The notes under the pieces: model-generated
What the model was told of the DNA's origin: nothing
Seen by the model: only the letters and a program-made list of their open reading frames with translations
The model's database searches: none
Program-made: the position numbers and the translations under genes
Source: Cryomorphaceae bacterium BACL11 MAG-121001-bin54
Lineage (GTDB): Bacteria > Bacteroidota > Bacteroidia > Flavobacteriales > BACL11
NCBI GenBank assembly: GCA_905182255.1
Contig: CAJJAH010000007.1
Span: 14,532-78,531 of the forward strand
DNA: 64,000 bases
Direction of reading: 5' to 3'
Shown here: positions 59,701 through 64,000 of the stretch, in pieces
Position numbering within the stretch: the stretch's first letter is position 1
How the letters are laid out: each line of letters begins with the position of its first letter

Positions 59701-60437
59701 GAATATGTGGAGAATTCTAAAACAGGGTCAATTACTAAAGGATAATTTCTATTATAATCATTTGGGAAATCAAACGAAAGGATATTATTTTTTAAATGAT
59801 AGACACAGGCTACCTCAACTTCAATACCCTCTATAATCTGGTAAGCATAAGGGCGATATTCAGAAATACTATTTACAGTAGTATTTACAACCAAATTTCC
59901 ATTTCTAATTTTAACCTCAGTATGTCCTTGATACCGCAACTTAATTAATTTTTCATCAGCTGATTTATCAAGATAAAGTTCGTACTTTAAGTTGTCTTTA
60001 TCAACAAATAAATATAGATCAACACCTTTATAAATATTTTTTTGGGCTTGACGCTTATATGATTTAACACCAGATGCCCAGGTTAATTTACTGCCTAAAT
60101 AATAATTTTCAAAGAACATACTCTCCTCTTCCAACTCAATATTAGGGTCAGTATTTGCGTTAATAAATGATACAGAATAAGCGTGAGCATTAACAGTATT
60201 GTTAGCTGCTAAACCATCATGTATGTCCGCAAGCTGCTTACCGTTATAAAAAGCGTAAGTGAATTTTGCCTTTTCGATATATAAGGCACCAGAAGGAAGG
60301 TTTGTTTTTGAGATTACGGCTTCTGGAAATTGACCTTTATTTTCAATAAAAGTATTTTGTGCATTTACAAGGAAAAAAAACATAACAAAAAGTATGCTAA
60401 ACAACTGCTTTACTATACTTTTTTTATGATCCATCAC
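56748..60437 (-). CDS. large cell-surface protein with SBBP beta-propeller repeats, PKD domain and T9SS type B C-terminal sorting domain
   Basis: Repeats YSTYLGGTKDE, ASTFLGGSDNDG, WSSYLGENADDA, YATYFGGSQSNEH. PKD motif YQWDFGDATTSSLENPTHNYAQAGNYSVTL. C-terminus IPTAFSPNEDEVNDTYFI...IFNRLGQKVF...WDGTY...GNITLIR. Confidence 0.85.
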   Translation of the reverse strand: MMDHKKSIVKQLFSILFVMFFFLVNAQNTFIENKGQFPEAVISKTNLPSGALYIEKAKFTYAFYNGKQLADIHDGLAANNTVNAHAYSVSFINANTDPNIELEEESMFFENYYLGSKLTWASGVKSYKRQAQKNIYKGVDLYLFVDKDNLKYELYLDKSADEKLIKLRYQGHTEVKIRNGNLVVNTTVNSISEYRPYAYQIIEGIEVEVACVYHLKNNILSFDFPNDYNRNYPLVIDPVLEFSTYSGSTMDNFGYTATYDDFGFLYSGSTSFGVGYPITLGAYQLNYANTAGGTDVAITKYDTSGTIRIYSTYLGGTKDELPHSMIVNSADELFIFGTTGSADFPTTTSSFQPNFNGGPGFSPSGIGVSFPDGSDIFVSRLSTNGGNLLASTFLGGSDNDGLNTAPKLKFNYADEVRGEIDIDQNNNIYIATCTQSIDFPIVGGFQNTNKGGQEGCIVKMDNQLSSIIWSSYLGENADDAIYSLALDKDDNIYVTGGTASALFPTTANAYQTGHQDTLKADAFISLISSNGSQILYSSFYGSPAYDQSYFVEIGSTDAVYLFGQTKASDTTLVQNATYFESGAGQFIAVFTKDLASILRATVVGTGKGSPDISPTAFLVDVCDKIYFSGWGSNLGGPLSTLNLPVSSTAFQSTTDGNDFYLMVVDDALSSMVYATYFGGSQSNEHVDGGTSRFDKKGIIYQSVCAGCGGSSDFPIEPNPGAVSVTNNSPNCNNGVFKFNFDFPMVIADFNSSWVGCDTNVSFQNLSISNSPITYQWDFGDATTSSLENPTHNYAQAGNYSVTLIATSSGACNASDTITKQVYILANASDTIPSIVKCKNDLIQIGLLPVNDPTISYLWSPATDLSSANVSNPFCSSSANATYQLLVSNGSCTDTLLQQIVVLDFLLDAGEDTAYCNTPITLRASYSGGTDILWSSNINFTDTLSLTDSLTIASIAQFYVKVTDGICEQVDSVRVNAQSINFNLIGEDLCQGDSVFLLVENLMPSVAITAYSWEPLAITYNTDSSSISSYTDTSIWYSVEAINVDGCILKDSIFIQIFDNPILDSLWLNKYTIFRGESAYLNVKTDDSFVWYNFTSTSNSVLVEPIQNECYTVEVFNAYTCSVLDSVCIVVLDVFCNEDGITIPTAFSPNEDEVNDTYFIMDNDGVVTDFKLEIFNRLGQKVFAATDKSSKWDGTYLGKKLNPQVFDFYLELKCVDDKTLFKKGNITLIR

Positions 60438-60441
60438 CTTT

Positions 60442-61662
60442 TTAATTCATTAAAATTTTCATTAAACTATCTTTAGCTAACATATACGCCTCTCTATTTT
60501 CCTTTTTTATAGGATCGCCAGGTGGAAGTTTTTGTTTAAATGGATCGACCTGTTTATCATTTTTCCAGAAACGATAACAAACGTGAGGACCAGTTGCTAA
60601 TCCAGTGCTTCCTACATAACCAATAATATCGCCCTGCTTCACGTATACGCCTTTTCTTATTCCTGGCTTTATTTTTGACATATGTAAATACTGAGTTGTG
60701 TAAGTTCCATTGTGCCTGACTTTTACATAATTACCATTGTTCTTTGTGTAAGATGCAGCAATAATTGTTCCATTAGCAGTAGACCAAATAGGAGTGCCTC
60801 TTTCAGCTGCATAATCAGTGCCAAAATGCCCCTTCCATCTTCCTGTTACCGGATGTTTTCTTCTTTTACTATAACGAGAAGAAATACGTTTATAATCTAC
60901 GGGTGCCATTAAAAATGCCTTGCGAAGGGTATTACCTTTTTCGTCATAATAATCTCCAAAATTCTCGCTCTCTTTGTAATAAAAAGAATAAAAATCTTGA
61001 CCCTTGTGTGTGAACTCTGCAGCTAAGATCCTTCCTATACCAATGTACTCACCATCAATATACTTATTCTCATAATACACCCTAAATCCATCATTTTTCT
61101 GAATCTTAAAAAAATCAATTGTCCAGGCATAAATTGTTGAAAGTTCAGCTGTTAATTTAGGGCTTAGTTTTTGCTCTTCCATAGTTAGCCACAGGGATGA
61201 CTGTATTATTCCGGAAGCAGTATTTAATTTAACTGTTACTGGCTTTTTTCCTTTATATACATCTATCTCCCCTCTTAAATCAAAAACAACATAGTTAATT
61301 GCATCAATTTCATAGATAAAATATTTCGCCTTTTTAGTAGAATCAGAAGCACAAATAACGGTATATTTTTTTCCTGTATTTACTCGTCTGACATCAAATA
61401 TTCCTTTTGATTTTTCAACAATTTTATTAATTTCAAAATGATCAATATGGTTCAAATAAAGAATCTCCCCCATAGTTTGGCCCCTTTTTACAGAACCTTT
61501 TATAACATTAAACGAATCTACAAGAATGTTATATTCATAAGAAGGTTCAACTATTTCTTGAATAAACTCCAACTTCTCAACCTCTTTTTTATCTTTATTT
61601 ATGTTGGTTAACATAAACAGTAATGCTGTTCCCATTACTAGTATTCCGAACCATTTTTTCAT
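60442..61662 (-). CDS. M23 family metallopeptidase
   Basis: HFGTDYAAERGTPIWSTANGTI and GYVGSTGLATGPHVCYRF (HxxxD / HxH). N-terminal TM anchor. Confidence 0.88.
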   Translation of the reverse strand: MKKWFGILVMGTALLFMLTNINKDKKEVEKLEFIQEIVEPSYEYNILVDSFNVIKGSVKRGQTMGEILYLNHIDHFEINKIVEKSKGIFDVRRVNTGKKYTVICASDSTKKAKYFIYEIDAINYVVFDLRGEIDVYKGKKPVTVKLNTASGIIQSSLWLTMEEQKLSPKLTAELSTIYAWTIDFFKIQKNDGFRVYYENKYIDGEYIGIGRILAAEFTHKGQDFYSFYYKESENFGDYYDEKGNTLRKAFLMAPVDYKRISSRYSKRRKHPVTGRWKGHFGTDYAAERGTPIWSTANGTIIAASYTKNNGNYVKVRHNGTYTTQYLHMSKIKPGIRKGVYVKQGDIIGYVGSTGLATGPHVCYRFWKNDKQVDPFKQKLPPGDPIKKENREAYMLAKDSLMKILMN

Positions 61663-61700
61663 CCTGCTAATTTAATGTTTAAATGATTCTGTAATCATAA

Positions 61701-62456
61701 TTATTCTTCAATTATTGACAAAGGATATTTAACATGTTTATACTCTTGTAAAACTGCTTTTATTAAGCCTGTCCAAATCTTAGTTTCTACTCTTAAAAGT
61801 AAATGATTTTTATCATCAGAGATCCATATTTTCATTTCTTCTCCATCTTCAAAAATCCTACCCTCTTGCATTTTAGGCTGAAAAACCATACAATCAACTT
61901 TCCCCCATTTAGTGTTAATGATTTCATTCTTTAAGTACTTAATCTCAAGAAAATAATTTTCATCATCCATAAAAATAGGGACATAAAAAGAGCCTACATT
62001 TAAGACTCTATCTTTTTTAAAAGTTCTGGCATAAAAGAAAGCCGATAACATATCTTGCGTTTGAATAGGAATCTTGAATGTACTATCCTGAGTAACTACA
62101 TTTTCGTTATTATGGTTGAAATTATACTGTTGACTTACTACATGACGCCCTTCTCTTACTTCCCTATTAAACACAAGAGGGAGTAGGGTTGCGGTGTCTA
62201 TAAATGTTTCATAAACGTCTCTAACCTTAAAAACCCAATCAAAGAAGGGAGCTGTCCTACCTTTTCCAATAATATGAAAACTCGGCTTATTGTTTACGGA
62301 TGTAATTTCTTTAACCTCCAATTCAGCATATCCAACATTAATTGCTCCAAAAGATATTGTGTATGCCGCATACTCGCCTACATCATAGGGTAAATTAGTT
62401 TGTGAAAAACCTAAAAAAGAAAACGAAACAAAAGCTATGATTAAAAATAATCTCAT
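61701..62456 (-). CDS. DUF3108-like secreted protein
   Basis: Signal peptide, GEYAAYTISFGAINVGYAELEV...FKVRDVYETFID pattern. Confidence 0.6.
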   Translation of the reverse strand: MRLFLIIAFVSFSFLGFSQTNLPYDVGEYAAYTISFGAINVGYAELEVKEITSVNNKPSFHIIGKGRTAPFFDWVFKVRDVYETFIDTATLLPLVFNREVREGRHVVSQQYNFNHNNENVVTQDSTFKIPIQTQDMLSAFFYARTFKKDRVLNVGSFYVPIFMDDENYFLEIKYLKNEIINTKWGKVDCMVFQPKMQEGRIFEDGEEMKIWISDDKNHLLLRVETKIWTGLIKAVLQEYKHVKYPLSIIEE

Positions 62457-62460
62457 AGCA

Positions 62461-62468
62461 CAAAGATA
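62461..62468 (-). promoter_or_regulatory. -7 promoter box TAtcTTTG, 4 nt upstream of DUF3108-like ATG
   Basis: Lies in the 16-nt gatA/DUF3108 spacer. N4 spacing to ATG 62456. Confidence 0.5.
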
Positions 62469-62472
62469 GTAA

Positions 62473-63897
62473 TTATCCTTCCTTATTCATGTATTTAGAA
62501 AAAGCTAATAAATCAGATTCCTTAAAATTATCAGCCATTATGTGTAGTCCAATTGACATTCCATTAGAATGATTTTCAATAGGAATGGAAATAGCAGGAT
62601 TACCAGCAAGGTTTGCTTGTACAGTAAAAATATCTTCCAAATACATTATTGTTGGGTCAGTATGTTTTGTCCCTATTGAAAAAGGTGTATGGGGGGTAGT
62701 TGGTGAAATCACAAAATCATAATCCTTAAACATTTCATTGGTTTTTTCTTGAATTAGACGTCTAATTTTTTGTGCTTTGGTAAAGTAGGCATCATGATAG
62801 CCTGCACTCAAAACAAAAGTACCTAACATAATTCTTCTTTTTACCTCCTCACCAAAACCTTCGGTCCTACTATTTATGTAAGTGCTTTCAAGATTAGTAA
62901 TATTTTTACTTCTATATCCATAATGGACACCGTCAAAACGGGCTAAATTAGATGATGCCTCAGCAGTTGTAATTACATAATAGGTAGGCACCAAATAATC
63001 TAAATAGGAAAAAGAAATTGGCTCAACTATATGCCCTTCTGCTTTTAATTCTTCAATTTTATTTTCAATAACTTGTTTTATCTCTGGGTCTAACCCCTTA
63101 CTATCTAAGCATTCTTTAATATAAGCAATGCGCTTAGGGCTATTGCAGAGTGGTGCTTTAGTATATTGTTCAACCTTCCTTGTGGAAACTGTACTATCAA
63201 AATCATCTTCTCCAGCAATAACTTCAAGTAGTAATGCTGAATCCTGAACTGTATTTGTTAAAGGTCCTATCTGGTCGAATGAAGATGCGTATGCAATTAA
63301 ACCATAACGAGAGACACGAGAATATGTAGGTTTTAAACCAACAATACCACAAAATGCTGCTGGCTGTCTGATTGACCCTCCAGTATCACTTCCTAATGTG
63401 GCTAAACAAAGCCCTGCTGCAACTGCAGCTGCCGAACCACCTGAACTTCCTCCAGCTACTTTTGTACTATCTAGTGGGTTTTTTACAGTTCCGTATATTG
63501 TATTTTCATTAGCTGAACCCATTGCAAACTCATCACAGTTAAGTCTACCAATAATTATCGCATCTTCAGCTAATAATCTGTCAATAACAGTTGCGCTAAA
63601 TAAGGATTCAAAACCATCTAAAATTTTAGAAGAAGCCGAAACTTTATGACCCTTATAGCAAAGATTGTCTTTTATTCCAATAACCATTCCTGCCAATTTA
63701 CCAGCATTACCACTTTCTAATTTTTTATCCACAGCTAAAGCCTGACTCAAAGCCTCATCGGTATACACCTCAATAAAAACATTTAAGTGATTATGCTCTT
63801 CAATTTTTTGCAGATAAGAATTGGTTATTTCAACACAAGTAGTTAACTGGTTTGAAAGAGCGCTTTGCACTTGTTTAAAGGAACGGAAAGTTGTCAA
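62473..63897 (-). CDS. gatA: Asp-tRNA(Asn)/Glu-tRNA(Gln) amidotransferase subunit A
   Basis: Amidase signature GGSSGGSAAAVAAG...GSDTGGSIRQPA. 474 aa. Confidence 0.92.
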   Translation of the reverse strand: MTTFRSFKQVQSALSNQLTTCVEITNSYLQKIEEHNHLNVFIEVYTDEALSQALAVDKKLESGNAGKLAGMVIGIKDNLCYKGHKVSASSKILDGFESLFSATVIDRLLAEDAIIIGRLNCDEFAMGSANENTIYGTVKNPLDSTKVAGGSSGGSAAAVAAGLCLATLGSDTGGSIRQPAAFCGIVGLKPTYSRVSRYGLIAYASSFDQIGPLTNTVQDSALLLEVIAGEDDFDSTVSTRKVEQYTKAPLCNSPKRIAYIKECLDSKGLDPEIKQVIENKIEELKAEGHIVEPISFSYLDYLVPTYYVITTAEASSNLARFDGVHYGYRSKNITNLESTYINSRTEGFGEEVKRRIMLGTFVLSAGYHDAYFTKAQKIRRLIQEKTNEMFKDYDFVISPTTPHTPFSIGTKHTDPTIMYLEDIFTVQANLAGNPAISIPIENHSNGMSIGLHIMADNFKESDLLAFSKYMNKEG

Positions 63898-63908
63898 ATT
63901 AAATAAAT

Positions 63909-64000
63909 TTAGTCTTCCTTCTTTTCTTCACCTTCATTTTTCCCTTTTTTAAATTCACTAATTCCCTTTCCTAACCCTTTCATTAATTCTGGAATTTTTT
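63909..64000 (-). CDS. tatA: twin-arginine translocase TatA/E, C-terminal part (continues beyond window end)
   Basis: Own translation of minus strand: ...KIPELMKGLGKGISEFKKGKNEGEEKKED stop (TAA at 63909-63911). Typical TatA amphipathic helix plus charged tail. Confidence 0.7.
   Translation of the reverse strand, partial: KIPELMKGLGKGISEFKKGKNEGEEKKED

Noticed and set aside
1-64000. Search for CRISPR arrays, IS elements or transposases, integrases, prophage genes, toxin-antitoxin pairs, restriction-modification or other defence systems.
   Set aside because: No spaced direct-repeat arrays and no terminal inverted repeats bracketing a transposase-like ORF were seen. None of the translated ORFs shows nuclease/helicase/methylase combinations typical of defence islands. 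The only methyltransferases are rRNA/tRNA-type or a stand-alone class I enzyme next to mnmG.

Overview
AT-rich, tightly packed chromosomal segment that looks like Bacteroidota (Flavobacteriia/Cytophagia-like). The evidence is type IX secretion (T9SS) components and C-terminal sorting domains, many Bacteroidota-typical DUF proteins, and the -7 promoter motif TAnnTTTG in front of many genes. I call 57 CDS (two truncated at the window edges: leuS at the left, tatA at the right) and one tRNA-Arg(UCG). I see no rRNA, CRISPR array, IS element, integrase, phage gene or recognisable defence system. About 85 percent of the genes are core housekeeping: leuS, ftsX, uppP, truB, queA, ispD, rlmN, dnaG, recJ, rsmI, tdk, alr, rnpA, yidD, glyQS, folB, gltX, ybeY, mnmG, recO, dxs, asnS, rpoN, gatA. 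Three blocks look accessory or system-like. (1) A five-gene putative metal-homeostasis cassette at 10.8-14.2 kb sits between dnaG and recJ. It encodes a MerC-like protein, a Fur-family regulator, a MacB-type ABC ATPase and permease, and a DUF3299-like protein. It is flanked by an imperfect direct repeat and carries a candidate operator palindrome. This is my best candidate for an uncharacterised system, but the evidence is modest. (2) A T9SS type-B cargo operon at 54.4-61.7 kb encodes an M23 peptidase, a 1229-aa SBBP/PKD adhesin, PorP/SprF and an OmpA/PD40 protein. (3) A translationally coupled chain at 39.0-46.7 kb encodes a PorZ-like protein, RecO, a TonB-dependent receptor and a T9SS-secreted BNR/propeller protein. 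Smaller observations: a preQ1-class-I-like pseudoknot topology in the queA leader, and a recurrent TAnnTTTG-N4-ATG arrangement that implies leaderless mRNAs. All protein names rest on motifs I recognise in the supplied translations. No database search was possible, so the DUF assignments in particular need HMM confirmation.
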